DNA from: an uncultured Gemmatimonadales bacterium
GTDB lineage: Bacteria; Gemmatimonadota; Gemmatimonadetes; Longimicrobiales; RSA9
Reading direction: 5' to 3'
DNA: 64,000 nt
Assembly (NCBI GenBank): GCA_963816355.1
Contig: CAWFKH010000003.1
Span: 608,001-672,000, forward strand
Each line of letters begins with the position of its first letter. Within the stretch, counting starts at the first letter, position 1. The notes beneath the pieces were generated by a model that was not told the DNA's origin, searched no databases, and was given only the letters and a program-made list of their open reading frames with translations. Shown piece by piece: positions 8,365 through 18,921 of the stretch. The position numbers were made by a program, and so were the translations under genes.

Positions 8365-10896
8365 GTGGCCCCCCGCATCCTGCGCCTCGACCCCGCGGCC
8401 GCCGTGCGCATCCGCACCGAGATCGCGCGCGCCCGCGGCAACGAGGTCTGCTTCCTCGCGCGCGTCGCCGACGATGGCGACGTGATCGAGCCGCGCGTCG
8501 TCGCCAGGGGCCACCGCCGCGGCGTCCTCGCCGCCGTGCGCGAGGGCGAGGCCGGCATGCTCGCCGTCCACAACCACCCCTCCGGCGACCTCGATCCCTC
8601 GCCCGCGGATTTCCACGTCGCGGCGGAGCTGCACGCCGCCGGTCTCGGCCTGGCCATCGTCGACAACGACGCGCGCGAGCTGTACGTCGTGGTCGAGGCC
8701 GCCGCGCCGCGTGAGCGCGACCTCCTCGACCCCGCCGCGATCGCCGCCGCGCTCGCACCCGGCGGCGCGCTCAGCCAGGCGCACGCGGCCTACGAGGACC
8801 GCCCCACGCAGCGCGCCATGGCGGAGGCGGTCGCGTCGCTCTTCAACGACGGCGGCATCGCGCTGGCGGAGGCGGGCACCGGCACCGGCAAGTCGCTCGC
8901 CTACCTGCTGCCCGCCGTGGAGTGGGCGGTGCGGAACCGCGAGCGCGTGCTCGTCTCGACCAACACGATCAACCTGCAGGAGCAGCTTGTCGGCAAGGAC
9001 CTGCCGCTGCTGCGCTCGGCGACCGGCCAGTCGTTCCGCTTCGCGCTCGTGAAGGGGCGCGGCAATTACGTCTCCATCCGACGCGCCCACCTCGCGGCGC
9101 AGGCGCAATCGTCCCTCTTCGATTCCGCCCACGTCGGCGAACTGGACGCGATCCTGGCATGGCTCGACACCACCGGTGACGGCTCGCTCCAGGACCTGCC
9201 TTTCCAGCCGACGCCGGAAGTGTGGGACGAGGTCGCCAGCCAGACCGACGTCTGCCTCCGCGCGCGCTGCCCGCACTTCCAGGCCTGCTTCTACCAGCGC
9301 GCCCGCCGCGACTCCGCCGCCGCGGACGTGCTCGTCGTCAACCACTCGCTCCTCCTCGCCGACATCGCCGTCCGCCGCGCGCAGGGGAACTACACCGCGC
9401 CCGCCGTGCTGCCGCCGTACCGCCACGCGGTGATCGACGAGGCGCACCATCTCGAGGAGGCCGCGACCGGCCACCTCGGCGCCGCCGTCTCGCGACGCGG
9501 GCTGCTGCGCACGCTCGCGCGCCTCGACCGCCGCGGCCGCGGCATCCTCGCCGCCGTGGAGCGGGAGCTGACGGTGCCCGCCGCCACGGACCTGCTTCTG
9601 CAGCAGACGCTCGACGCCATCCAGCTCGCGCTGCGGCCCGGCATCGAGACGGCGCGCGCGAGTGCGCCGACGACCTGTTCCGCCGCCTCGAGCACCTCCT
9701 CGCCCGTCGCGCGCGAAGGCGTGCTCCGCCTCGGCGAGGATTTCGCGGCGCAGCCGGAGTGGGTGGAGAACGTGCAACCGTCGCTGGAGAACGCGCTGGT
9801 CGCGCTCAGCACGCTGCACGTCGAGCTGCAGCGCTTGCTGGAGCGCCTCCAGCTCGACCGCCGCTGGGCGGACCGCCTCGCCGAGACCCTGCTCGAGCTG
9901 CAGGCCGCCGCCGGCCGCGTGCGCGCCGCAGAGGACGCGCTCCGCCTCGCGCTCGACCCCGCCGCCGCGGAGCCGGTCCCGCTCGTCCGCTGGATCGAGC
10001 GCCGCGGCGGCGCGGGCGAGGCGAACGTGGCCGTGCTCGCGGCGCCGGTCGAGATCGGGGATGCGCTGCGCGATGCCCTCTTCGAGCGCGCCGAGACGGT
10101 CGTGCTCACCTCGGCGACGCTCGCCACGCGCGACGGCTTCGAGTTCCTGCGCTCCCGCCTCGGCCTCGGCGCGGGCGGGCTGCGCGTGCGGGAAGGCGTC
10201 TACCCTTCGCCGTTCGACTACGCGGCGCAGGCCGTCGTCGCCATCCCGACCGACCTGCCGGTGCCGCGCGAGGCGGACGGGCCGTTCGACCTCGCGACCG
10301 CCACCGTCGTAGAAGAGATGGCCGCGTTGAGCGACGGCGGTCTCTTCGTGCTCTTCACCTCGTACCGGGCGATGCGCGCGGTCGCGGCCCAGCTCCGCTC
10401 GGCGGGGGTGGAGCGGCGCTGGCCGCTGTTCGTGCAGGGCGAGGGCTCGCGCGCGCGTCTGCTCGACCGCTTCACCGCCTCCGGCCGTGGAATCCTGCTC
10501 GGGGTCGCGTCCTTCTGGGAGGGCGTGGACGTGCCGGGCGATCCGCTGCGCGGACTGGTGATCGCGAAGCTCCCCTTCATGGTGCCGAACGAGCCGCTCA
10601 CCGCCGCGCGCATCGAGGCGATCGAGCAGTTCGGCGGCAGCGGATTCCGGGACTATCTGCTGCCGCACGCCGCGCTGCGCCTGAAGCAGGGGTTCGGCCG
10701 CCTGATCCGCTCGCGCGCCGACCGCGGCGCGGTCGTCCTGCTCGATCGTCGCGTCGTCGAGCGCGGCTACGGCCGCTACCTCCTCGGCACGCTGCCCGCG
10801 GCGCCGGTCCGCACCGGCCCGTGGGCGGAGCTGCGGCGCGAGCTGGAGGCGTTCTACGGCCGCGAAATGGTGGCGGCGGCCGGCACCCACGACTAA
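8365..10896 (+). CDS. dinG: DinG/YoaA-family SF2 helicase with N-terminal RadC-like JAB domain
   Basis: N-terminal NEVCF..HNHPSGDLDPSPAD; helicase motifs EAGTGTGKSLAYL, STNTINLQEQL, VVNHSLL, IDEAHHL, TSATL, LFTSY, SFWEGVDVPG, LKQGFGRLIRS. Confidence 0.9.
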   Translation: MAPRILRLDPAAAVRIRTEIARARGNEVCFLARVADDGDVIEPRVVARGHRRGVLAAVREGEAGMLAVHNHPSGDLDPSPADFHVAAELHAAGLGLAIVDNDARELYVVVEAAAPRERDLLDPAAIAAALAPGGALSQAHAAYEDRPTQRAMAEAVASLFNDGGIALAEAGTGTGKSLAYLLPAVEWAVRNRERVLVSTNTINLQEQLVGKDLPLLRSATGQSFRFALVKGRGNYVSIRRAHLAAQAQSSLFDSAHVGELDAILAWLDTTGDGSLQDLPFQPTPEVWDEVASQTDVCLRARCPHFQACFYQRARRDSAAADVLVVNHSLLLADIAVRRAQGNYTAPAVLPPYRHAVIDEAHHLEEAATGHLGAAVSRRGLLRTLARLDRRGRGILAAVERELTVPAATDLLLQQTLDAIQLALRPGIETARASAPTTCSAASSTSSPVAREGVLRLGEDFAAQPEWVENVQPSLENALVALSTLHVELQRLLERLQLDRRWADRLAETLLELQAAAGRVRAAEDALRLALDPAAAEPVPLVRWIERRGGAGEANVAVLAAPVEIGDALRDALFERAETVVLTSATLATRDGFEFLRSRLGLGAGGLRVREGVYPSPFDYAAQAVVAIPTDLPVPREADGPFDLATATVVEEMAALSDGGLFVLFTSYRAMRAVAAQLRSAGVERRWPLFVQGEGSRARLLDRFTASGRGILLGVASFWEGVDVPGDPLRGLVIAKLPFMVPNEPLTAARIEAIEQFGGSGFRDYLLPHAALRLKQGFGRLIRSRADRGAVVLLDRRVVERGYGRYLLGTLPAAPVRTGPWAELRRELEAFYGREMVAAAGTHD

Positions 10897-10926
10897 ACTG
10901 GAACGTCCCCTGAGCAGAGGTCGTCC

Positions 10927-11565
10927 GTGGCGCTTCCGCCCCCCTCCAAGATCGTCTGTGTCGGCCGCAACTACGTCGCCCACGCCCGTGAGCTCGGCAA
11001 CGACGTGCCGCGGCGCCCGCTCCTCTTCCTGAAGCCGCCTTCCGCGATCGTGGCCGACGGCGACGCGATCGTGTTGCCGCCGGACTCGGAGCGCGTCGAG
11101 CACGAAGGGGAGATCGCCGTCGTCATCGGCCGCCGCGCCCGCGCCGTCGCCGAGGCCGACGCCCTCGACCACGTGGCCGGCTACGCCCCTCTGAACGACG
11201 TCACCGCGCGCGACCTGCAACGCAGCGACGAGCAGTGGACGCGCGCGAAGGGGTTCGACACGTTCTGCCCGCTCGGCCCCGTAATCGGTCCGGACGTCGA
11301 CTGGCGCGATCTCGAGGTCGTGTGTCGCGTCGGCGGCGCCGAGCGCCAGCGCGGGCGCGCCTCCGAGATGGCGTTCGGCATCCCCTTCCTCGTCGCCTAC
11401 GTCTCTCGCATCATGACGCTCGAGCCGGGCGACCTGATCGCGACCGGCACGCCGGAAGGCGTGGGGCCGCTGCGCGACGGCGACTCCGTCGAGGTCGAGC
11501 TGGCGGGCCGCGCCCGCGTCCGCAACCCGGTCCGCGCCGCCGCGCGGGAGGCCGCCCGTGCCTGA
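10927..11565 (+). CDS. Fumarylacetoacetate hydrolase family protein
   Basis: KIVCVGRNYVAHARELG, FLKPPSA, HEGEIAVVIG, NDVTARDLQ, WTRAKGFDTFCPLGP, TLEPGDLIATGTPEGVG. Confidence 0.93.
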   Translation: MALPPPSKIVCVGRNYVAHARELGNDVPRRPLLFLKPPSAIVADGDAIVLPPDSERVEHEGEIAVVIGRRARAVAEADALDHVAGYAPLNDVTARDLQRSDEQWTRAKGFDTFCPLGPVIGPDVDWRDLEVVCRVGGAERQRGRASEMAFGIPFLVAYVSRIMTLEPGDLIATGTPEGVGPLRDGDSVEVELAGRARVRNPVRAAAREAARA

Positions 11566-12718
11566 TCTCGCCGGCCGCTTCGAGCGCTTCCCGCCCTACC
11601 CGCTCGCGGACGTGCCCGCGCTGAAGCGGAAGCTGCGCGCCGAGGGCGTGGACGTGATCGACCTCGGCGCCGGCGACGCCGACCTTGCGCCGCCCCCCGC
11701 CGCGATCGAGGCGCTGATCGAGGCCGCGACGCGGCCGGAGATGGGCCGCTACGCCTTTCAGCTCGGGCTGCCCGCCCTGCGCGAGACGATCGCCGCGTGG
11801 ATGAAGCGCCGCTTCGGCGTCGCGCTCGACCCGTACCGCGAGATCCTCCCTCTCATCGGCTCCAAGGAGGGCCTCGCCCACCTCGCCTTCTGCTTCGTCG
11901 CCGCTGGCGACGTCGCCATCTGCCCCGATCCCGGCTACGCACCCTACGTCGGCGGCACCGTCCTCGCCGGCGGCGAGCCGTTCACCGTGCCGTTGCGTCC
12001 GGAGAACGATTTCCTCGTGCCGCTCGACGATCTCCCCGCCGACGTCGTCGAGCGCGCGCGCATCCTCTATCTCAACTATCCCAACAACCCGACCGCCGCG
12101 ACCGCGCCGCTCGACTACCTGCGCCGCGTCGTCGAGTTCTGCGCGCGCCACGACATCGTCCTCGCCTTCGACAACGCGTACTCCGAGCTCGCGTTCGACG
12201 GCTACCGTCCGCCGAGCATCTTCGAGATCGACGGCGCGATCGACGTCGCCGTCGAGTTCCACTCCTTCTCCAAGACGTACAACATGACCGGCTGGCGCAT
12301 CGGCTGGGTCGCGGGGCGCGAGGAGACGATCCGTGCCATCGGCCGCGTCAAGTCGTTCGTCGACACCGGGCAGTACATGGGCGTCCAGGCCGCCGCGGCG
12401 GCCGCGCTCGAAATGTGGGAGGAATGGGTGCCGGAGAACGTCGCCGAGTTCCAGCGCCGCCGCGACGCGCTGGTCGCGGCGCTCTGTGCGCGCGGCTTCC
12501 GCGCCACCGCCCCCGCCGCGACCATGTACCTGTGGGTGCCGGTGCCGGACGGCTCTGCGTCGGGCGACTTCGCCCGCCGCGCGCTCACCGAGCAGGGCGT
12601 GGTCCTGCTGCCCGGCTCCGCGCTCGGGGCGGGCGGCGAGGGCTTCCTCCGCTTCGCGCTGACGCAGTCGGCGGAGCGGCTCCAGGAGGCGGCCGACCGC
12701 CTAGGCCGGCTGCTCTGA
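11558..12718 (+). CDS. Class I/II PLP-dependent aminotransferase (LL-diaminopimelate aminotransferase-like)
   Basis: IGSKEGLAH, LNYPNNPT, DNAYSE, SFSKTYNMTGWRIG (PLP lysine), GEGFLRFAL. Confidence 0.9.
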   Translation: MPDLAGRFERFPPYPLADVPALKRKLRAEGVDVIDLGAGDADLAPPPAAIEALIEAATRPEMGRYAFQLGLPALRETIAAWMKRRFGVALDPYREILPLIGSKEGLAHLAFCFVAAGDVAICPDPGYAPYVGGTVLAGGEPFTVPLRPENDFLVPLDDLPADVVERARILYLNYPNNPTAATAPLDYLRRVVEFCARHDIVLAFDNAYSELAFDGYRPPSIFEIDGAIDVAVEFHSFSKTYNMTGWRIGWVAGREETIRAIGRVKSFVDTGQYMGVQAAAAAALEMWEEWVPENVAEFQRRRDALVAALCARGFRATAPAATMYLWVPVPDGSASGDFARRALTEQGVVLLPGSALGAGGEGFLRFALTQSAERLQEAADRLGRLL

Positions 12719-12920
12719 CGCTCTCCATCCTCCGGGTTGGCGGCGGCACGCACCGTGCGCCGCTTCCCATCCTCGGCGGCCGATACATCGGCGGCGGACC
12801 TGCGCCGTGATCGGATGAGCCGCCGGGATCGCCACCGGGATCGTGAATTCGCGGCGTCGGCTTCCACGGCAGAGGAGCCGGCCAGGAACAGCCTGTCTCG
12901 GGGGGGTTACTAGGTAGCCG

Positions 12921-13787
12921 ATGTCAACCGCCATGGCCCGCCCACCCAGCCCGGCGCCGGTCCCGATCCGGACGGCGCCTCCCCCGCCCCCGCGGCCGCG
13001 ACCGCCGCGGCGGCGTGACCGGGGTACGCGCTGGCGTACCGGCCTCGCCATCTCGGTCCTCGTCCACGTCCTCCTCTTCGCCTGGCTCTACCGCACTTAC
13101 GTCTCCACGCCGGAGATCGGCGAACGGCAGCCCGCCGCGCTGCGCCCGGACGAGGTCGGGGGCGGCATGCGGATCGTTCGCATCGAGGCGGTTCCCGGCG
13201 ACGTCGCGCCGCTCACGCCACTTGCCCCCGCCGCCTCGCCGCGGGTGAGCGTATCGTCCCGCGCGCCGGGCGTGGCGGTGCCCCGGCCGGGCGTGCCCAC
13301 CGAGCCGCAGGGAGTCGGGCCGCGACGCGACGTGCTCGAGCCGCTCCGCCCGAAGGCGGGCGATCCGCGTCTCTGGGTCTCGCCGGACCTGCTCACGCCC
13401 GCACAGACGCCGGAGGAGCGGATGGCGGAGCGGATCGCCGGCCGCATCGACGCCTACAACGACTCTCTCGCGGCGGCGAGCGAGGCCGCGCGGCGCGCGC
13501 TCGACTGGACGGTGAAGGGGAAGAACGGCGCTCGCTGGGGAATCGCGCCGGACGGCATTCACCTGGGCAAGATCACCCTCCCCGCGCCCACCTTCGGCGG
13601 CAACGCGGAGGCGCGGGCGCGCAACCGGGAGTGGTCTCAGATCCAGGATCAGGCGTCCCGCGCCGAGATCCACGACCGCTTCAAGGATCGCGTCAAGGCG
13701 ATCGAGGAACGCAAGGATCGCGAGCGGGCGGCGAGGAAGAAGGCCGGCTCGGGCTCCGGCTCGGACGGGTCCGGACACGGACCGTGA
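12921..13787 (+). CDS. Hypothetical proline-rich single-TM protein (TonB-like N-terminus)
   Basis: TM GLAISVLVHVLLFAWL with the S-x3-H motif of TonB anchors, Pro-rich linker, globular C-terminal part (DWTVKG..RWGIAPDGIHLGKITLP). Confidence 0.6.
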   Translation: MSTAMARPPSPAPVPIRTAPPPPPRPRPPRRRDRGTRWRTGLAISVLVHVLLFAWLYRTYVSTPEIGERQPAALRPDEVGGGMRIVRIEAVPGDVAPLTPLAPAASPRVSVSSRAPGVAVPRPGVPTEPQGVGPRRDVLEPLRPKAGDPRLWVSPDLLTPAQTPEERMAERIAGRIDAYNDSLAAASEAARRALDWTVKGKNGARWGIAPDGIHLGKITLPAPTFGGNAEARARNREWSQIQDQASRAEIHDRFKDRVKAIEERKDRERAARKKAGSGSGSDGSGHGP

Positions 13788-13883
13788 ATTGCACGTTTCA
13801 GTGGGCCGTACGATCCGGAGGCTCGCACGCTCCAGATCGAATTTTCGTGCCCTACACGACATGGGTTGAAGGGAGACGCACCA

Positions 13884-14549
13884 ATGGGTGATTTGAATTC
13901 TCGGTTCGCCGGCAGGACGGCGTGGAAGGTGGGCGCGGGCGTCGCCGTCGGCTTCGCCGCGGTGGCGACCGGTCTGCTGCTCTCGCGCAGCGGTCGCCGG
14001 CTGGTCCGCGAGGTGTGGCAGGGCCGTTCCCGCACGCGCCTCGAGGACCGCATCCTCGACCGCATCTGGAGCGACCGCGTCCTCTCGCGCCGCGCCATCG
14101 ACGTGCGCGAGGTGGGTCCGGGGGTCGTCGAGCTGGTCGGCGGTGTGCGCACGGACGAAGAGGCGCGCCGCGCCGTCACCGTCGCGCAGTCGATCGAGGG
14201 CGTGACGACGGTGGTCAACCGCCTGCGCGCGGAGGCGCTCGAGTCGCACCTCGCCGAGACGCGCCGCCGCTACGGCGACGGTGATCCCGCGCTGCACGAG
14301 AGTCACTGGTACGGCGTCGAGGTCGGCACCGGCCGCCGTCGCCAGTCGCCGGCCACGGATCCGGATCGGCGCGACGACCGCGTCGACATGATCACGCGCG
14401 AGCTGGGCGTCGACCGCGGCGAGCGAAATCCGAGCGAGCCGGTGGAGACGACCGGCCCCGCCGTGGAGGGCCACTCGACCGCTCCCGCCGCCGGCGACGG
14501 CCGGGTACGCGAGGCTGCGGGCGAGCGGGAGTCGGCCGGGGAAGCCTGA
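13884..14549 (+). CDS. BON domain-containing membrane protein
   Basis: GGAG RBS before ATG 13884; N-terminal TM; BON-like IDVREVGPGVVELVGGVRTDEEARRAVTVAQSIEGVTTVVNRL. Confidence 0.8.
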   Translation: MGDLNSRFAGRTAWKVGAGVAVGFAAVATGLLLSRSGRRLVREVWQGRSRTRLEDRILDRIWSDRVLSRRAIDVREVGPGVVELVGGVRTDEEARRAVTVAQSIEGVTTVVNRLRAEALESHLAETRRRYGDGDPALHESHWYGVEVGTGRRRQSPATDPDRRDDRVDMITRELGVDRGERNPSEPVETTGPAVEGHSTAPAAGDGRVREAAGERESAGEA

Positions 14550-14569
14550 GCGCGCAGCGCCTGCAGCGC

Positions 14570-14629
14570 CGCCCGCGGCGGTGCGGCCGGCCGGAGTCCC
14601 CGGCCGCCGCACCCCGCGGGCGTTTTCTT
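14570..14629 (+). terminator. Rho-independent terminator after the BON gene
   Basis: Long GC stem cgcccgcgg..ggtgcgg..cggccgg / ccggccg..ccgcacc..ccgcgggcg followed by ttttctt. Confidence 0.7.
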
Positions 14630-14712
14630 GTGGGCCGGCGCGTCCCGCCCCCGCCCGGTCACGCCCGCCGCGCCGCGCGGCGCCGCGGGCCGCCGCCGCC
14701 CGCCGCGCCTCG

Positions 14713-14742
14713 TTGACGGCCGCGCGCGCGGCACGATAACCT
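14713..14742 (+). promoter_or_regulatory. Putative sigma70 promoter of valS
   Basis: TTGACG-N18-TAACCT about 30 nt upstream of ATG 14772. Confidence 0.5.
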
Positions 14743-14771
14743 TGTCGTTTCGTCCACGCAGCCGGAGCCCG

Positions 14772-17516
14772 ATGAGCGAGCCGCTTCCGCCACAGTACGA
14801 TCCGCACGGGATCGAAGCCGACCTCAGCCGCGACTGGGAGGAGGGCGGCTACTTCCACGCCGACGCGGACCGCGTCCTGCGCGGCGAGCGCGAGCCGTAC
14901 GTCATCGTCATTCCGCCGCCGAACGTGACGGCGCCGCTGCACGTCGGTCACGGCTTGAACAACGCGTTGCAGGACGTCCTGATCCGGTGGCGCCGCATGC
15001 AGGGGTGGGAGGCGCTGTGGGTCCCCGGCAGCGACCACGCCGGCATCGCGACACAGAACGTCGTCGAGCGACAGCTCGCCGAGGAAGGGAAGACGCGCGA
15101 GGATCTGGGCCGCGAGGCCTTCGTCGAGCGTGTGTGGCAGTGGGTCGGCCGCACCGAGCCGCGCATATTCGCCCAGCTCCGCGCCATCGGCTGCTCGATC
15201 GACACGGCGCGCACCGCCTTCACCCTCGACGAGCGGCTTTCCGCCGCCGTGCGCGAGGTGTTCGTCCGTCTCTTCGAAAAGGGCCTCGTCTACCGCGGCC
15301 ACTACATCATCAACTGGTGCCCCCACTGTCTGACGGCGCTCTCCGACGAGGAGGCCGAAGCGGAGGAGACGCAGGGCCGCCTGTGGCACCTCCGCTACCC
15401 CGTGCGGGAGCCCTCGCCGGGCCACGCCGAAGCCGCGGCCGCCGCCGCCATCGCGCGCCTGCCGCGCCTGCCGGACGGCCGGCCCTACATCGTCGTCGCG
15501 ACGACCCGGCCGGAAACCATGCTTGGCGACACCGCCGTCGCCGTCCATCCCGACGACGCGCGCTACGCGGGCCTCACCGGCGCCGCCGTCGCGCTGCCGC
15601 TCGCGGGCCGCGACATCCCGATCGTCGCCGACGGCTTCGTCGAAGCGGAGTTCGGCACCGGCGCGGTCAAGGTCACGCCGGCGCACGATCCGAACGACTT
15701 CGCGATCGGACTGCGCCACCGCCTCGTCCAGATCGACGTCCTCACGCCGGACGCACACATGAGCGACGCGGCGCCGGCGGAGTTCCGCGGCCTGGACCGC
15801 TTCGCCGCGCGCGAGCACGTGGTCGAGCGGCTGGACGAGCTCGGCCTGCTCGAGAAGGTCGAGGAGCACGCACACGCCGTCCCGCACTGCTACCGCTGCG
15901 GCACGGTGGTCGAGCCGCGTCTTTCCGACCAGTGGTTCGTCCGCATGAAGCCGCTGGCCGAGCCGGCGCTCGCCGCCTCGCGCGACGGCCGCGTCCGCTT
16001 CCACCCGGAACGCTACACGAAGGTCTACGAGCACTGGCTCGAGAACATCCGCGACTGGTGCATCTCGCGGCAGCTCTGGTGGGGCCACCGCATCCCCGTC
16101 TGGTACTGTCAGGACGCCGCCTGCGAGTGCGACATGGTCGTCGCGCGCGAGGAGCCGCACCGCTGCCCCGATTGCGGCGGTCCGCTCGTCCAGGACCAGG
16201 ACGTCCTCGACACCTGGTTCTCTTCCTGGCTCTGGCCCTTCACCACGCTCGGCTGGCCTGAGAAGACCGAGGACCTCGACGCGTTCTACCCGACCAGCAC
16301 GCTCGTCACGGGGCCCGACATCATCTTCTTCTGGGTCTCGCGCATGATCATGGCCGGCCTCGAATTCATGGGCGAGGTCCCCTTCCAGCGACGTCTACCT
16401 GAACGGCATCGTTCGCGACCACCTCGGCCGCAAGATGTCCAAGTCGCTCGGCAACGGCATCGACCCGCTGCACGTCGTCGACCTCTTCGGTGCCGACGCG
16501 CTCCGCTACACCGTCCTCTCCAGCGCCGCCGCCGGAACCGACATCTACCTCAACTACGAGAACCTCGAGGAGGCGTTCGCCCCCGGCCGCAACTTCGCCA
16601 ACAAGATCTGGAACGCCGCGCGCTTCGCCCTCATGAACCTCGAAGGCGACGACGTCGCGGCCCTCGCCGACGTGCGCCCGCGCCTCGAGCTCGCCGACCG
16701 CTGGATCCTCTCCCGCCTCGACGCCGCCATCGCCGACACGACGCGTGCGCTCGAGAGCTTCCGCATCCACGAGGCCGCCGAGCGCGTCCATCGCTTCTTC
16801 TGGAGCGAGCTCGCCGACTGGTACCTCGAGCTCGTCAAGCCGCGTCTGCAGGACGGCAGCTCGGACGACGCCGCCCGCGCGACGCTCGTCGCCGTCCTCG
16901 ACGGCGTCTTCCGCCTGCTGCACCCGTTCATGCCGTTCATCAGCGAGGCGCTATGGCGGCGGCTGCCCCGGCCACGCCGGCGCGCCGACCGCGCCATCCC
17001 TCGCCGTCGCGCCGTGGCCGGAGGCGGGCGCCCTCCGACGAGCGCGCGGAGCGCGAGATGGATGCGTTGATGGAGCTGGTCGGCGCCGTCCGCACGCTGC
17101 GCGCCGAATACGATGTCCCTCCGGCCGCTCGCGTCGAGGTGCACCTCGGCCACGTCGCGGCGCCGCTGCGCGCCGCGCTCGACGCCGAGGGCCGCGCGCT
17201 GGCGCGCCTGGCGCGCGTCGACGACGCGCGCACCGACGGCGCGGTCGCGAAGCGTGCCGCGCACGCCGTCCTCTCGGACGGGACTGAGCTGACGCTGCCT
17301 CTCGAAGGCGTCATCGACCTCGAGCGCGAGCGCGCGCGGCTCGGTGCGGAGCGCGACCGCCTGGACGCCCAGTTGCGCGCCACCGAGGCTCGCCTCGGCA
17401 ACGAGCAGTTCACCTCGAAGGCGCCGGCGGAGGTCGTCCAGCGCGAGCGCGAGAAGGCCGGCAGCTTCCGCGAGCAGATCGAGCGGCTGCGTCGCAAGCT
17501 CGACGCGCTCGCGTGA
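14772..17516 (+). CDS. valS: Valine--tRNA ligase (three apparent frameshifts near 16387, 16968 and 17033)
   Basis: [74 protein letters not shown] and [19 protein letters not shown] lie in a second frame; the C-terminal coiled coil ([10 protein letters not shown]) is back in the first frame. Confidence 0.95.
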   Translation: MSEPLPPQYDPHGIEADLSRDWEEGGYFHADADRVLRGEREPYVIVIPPPNVTAPLHVGHGLNNALQDVLIRWRRMQGWEALWVPGSDHAGIATQNVVERQLAEEGKTREDLGREAFVERVWQWVGRTEPRIFAQLRAIGCSIDTARTAFTLDERLSAAVREVFVRLFEKGLVYRGHYIINWCPHCLTALSDEEAEAEETQGRLWHLRYPVREPSPGHAEAAAAAAIARLPRLPDGRPYIVVATTRPETMLGDTAVAVHPDDARYAGLTGAAVALPLAGRDIPIVADGFVEAEFGTGAVKVTPAHDPNDFAIGLRHRLVQIDVLTPDAHMSDAAPAEFRGLDRFAAREHVVERLDELGLLEKVEEHAHAVPHCYRCGTVVEPRLSDQWFVRMKPLAEPALAASRDGRVRFHPERYTKVYEHWLENIRDWCISRQLWWGHRIPVWYCQDAACECDMVVAREEPHRCPDCGGPLVQDQDVLDTWFSSWLWPFTTLGWPEKTEDLDAFYPTSTLVTGPDIIFFWVSRMIMAGLEFMGEVPFQRRLPERHRSRPPRPQDVQVARQRHRPAARRRPLRCRRAPLHRPLQRRRRNRHLPQLREPRGGVRPRPQLRQQDLERRALRPHEPRRRRRRGPRRRAPAPRARRPLDPLPPRRRHRRHDACARELPHPRGRRARPSLLLERARRLVPRARQAASAGRQLGRRRPRDARRRPRRRLPPAAPVHAVHQRGAMAAAAPATPARRPRHPSPSRRGRRRAPSDERAEREMDALMELVGAVRTLRAEYDVPPAARVEVHLGHVAAPLRAALDAEGRALARLARVDDARTDGAVAKRAAHAVLSDGTELTLPLEGVIDLERERARLGAERDRLDAQLRATEARLGNEQFTSKAPAEVVQREREKAGSFREQIERLRRKLDALA

Positions 17517-17523
17517 GCGCGTG

Positions 17524-18918
17524 ATGCCCGCGCCGCGCCGCGCACCGTCCCGCCACTTCGCTCCGCGACCGGCTGCGCGCCGATTCCTCGCCGCGGCGGC
17601 CGCCCTGCTGCTCGCGTCGGTGGCGGCCGCCTGCGCGCGCCCCGGGCCGCCGCCCGGCGGCACGCCCGACAAGGCGCCGCCGCGCGTCGTCGCGACCGTG
17701 CCGGAGGCGCTCGCCGTCGTCCCCGACTTCTCCGGCAAGGTCGAGATCCACTTCGACGAACGCCTCAGCGAGAAGGGCTTCGCCGATGCGGTCCTGGTCT
17801 CGCCGGCCACCGGCGCCTGGGACGTGCACCGCCACGGCGGCGACGTGGAAGTGGAGATGGCGAACGGCTGGAAGAAGGGCGTCGTCTACCGGATCCTCGT
17901 CCGGCCCACGGTGCAGGACCTGTTCGGCAACGCGCTCGCGGCGCCGTTCGAGCTGGTCTTCTCGACCGGTCCCGAGATCCCCGCGACCGTCCTGGGCGGC
18001 CTCGCCACCGACAGGCTGACCGGGAGCCCCGTGCCCGACGCGAGGATCGAAGCGGTGCACCTGCCGGACTCGACGACGTACGTCGACTTCTCGGACCAGC
18101 AGGGCGTGTGGGTGATGCGCCACATCCCGCTGGGCGACTACCTGCTGCGCGCCTACCTGGACCAGAACCGCAATCGCGCGCTCGATGGCTTCGAGCCGCG
18201 CGACTCGATCACGCGCGCGCTCACGGCGGCGGACACCTCCTTCGCGCGCCTCTCCCTGCTGGCGAACGACACCACGCCCGCGAACGTGACCGGCGCCGAA
18301 CTCGCCGACTCCGTCGACATCCGCGTCAAGCTCGACAAGGCGATCCCGCCGGACGTGCCGCTCGCCGGCGTGATCGTCCAGGTCTTCCATCTGCCCGACA
18401 GCGTGCAGGTTCCGGTCTCGCGCGTGCTGCAGGAGCACGTCTTCAAGGAGGAGCAGGACGCCGCCCGCGAGCGCGCGCTGAAGCAGGCCGCCGCGAGCGC
18501 CCGAGCGGCGGGCGTGGACACCGCGCGCGCCGGCGCCGCCGAGACCGCTCGCGCGGCGCCGCCGCGCGCCGCACCGCCGGTCGCCGCGCGCCCCGACACG
18601 GCCGCCGCAGACACGGCCGGCGAGCCCGCCGAGCTGCTCCCGGTGCGCGACTTCATCGTGCGCACCGCCGCGCCGCTCGCCCCCCGCACGCGCTATCGCG
18701 TCCTGGTGAGCGGCATCACGACGATCTACGGCATCCCCGGCGGCGGCGGGAACACCGTCTTCACGACGCCCGCGCCCCCGGCGCCGAAGCGCCCGCCAGC
18801 GGACAGCGCCGGCGCCGCCGCCCCCGATACCGCCGCCGCGGACACCACCGGCCGACGGCCGCGGCCGCCTTCGCCGCTGCGGCCGCCGCCGCGTTCGCCG
18901 CCGCGACCGCCCCGCTGA
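17524..18918 (+). CDS. Lipoprotein with Ig-like (Big_5) domain
   Basis: Lipobox VAAAC then ARPGPPPGGTPDKAPPRVVATVP, IHFDERL, VQDLFGNAL..FSTG; Pro-rich tail. Confidence 0.75.
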   Translation: MPAPRRAPSRHFAPRPAARRFLAAAAALLLASVAAACARPGPPPGGTPDKAPPRVVATVPEALAVVPDFSGKVEIHFDERLSEKGFADAVLVSPATGAWDVHRHGGDVEVEMANGWKKGVVYRILVRPTVQDLFGNALAAPFELVFSTGPEIPATVLGGLATDRLTGSPVPDARIEAVHLPDSTTYVDFSDQQGVWVMRHIPLGDYLLRAYLDQNRNRALDGFEPRDSITRALTAADTSFARLSLLANDTTPANVTGAELADSVDIRVKLDKAIPPDVPLAGVIVQVFHLPDSVQVPVSRVLQEHVFKEEQDAARERALKQAAASARAAGVDTARAGAAETARAAPPRAAPPVAARPDTAAADTAGEPAELLPVRDFIVRTAAPLAPRTRYRVLVSGITTIYGIPGGGGNTVFTTPAPPAPKRPPADSAGAAAPDTAAADTTGRRPRPPSPLRPPPRSPPRPPR

Positions 18919-18921
18919 GCG

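Noticed and set aside
12885..12910. ECF-sigma promoter GGAAC-N16-GTT before the 12921 gene
   Set aside because: Short motif, likely by chance; cannot be supported without TSS data
8341..16160. Very long antisense ORFs (8341-11220, 12924-16160 and similar throughout)
   Set aside because: Typical antisense shadows of high-GC genes that already have clear family motifs on the other strand
16375..16395. Programmed ribosomal frameshift in valS
   Set aside because: No slippery heptamer; multiple other indels in the window point to sequencing error
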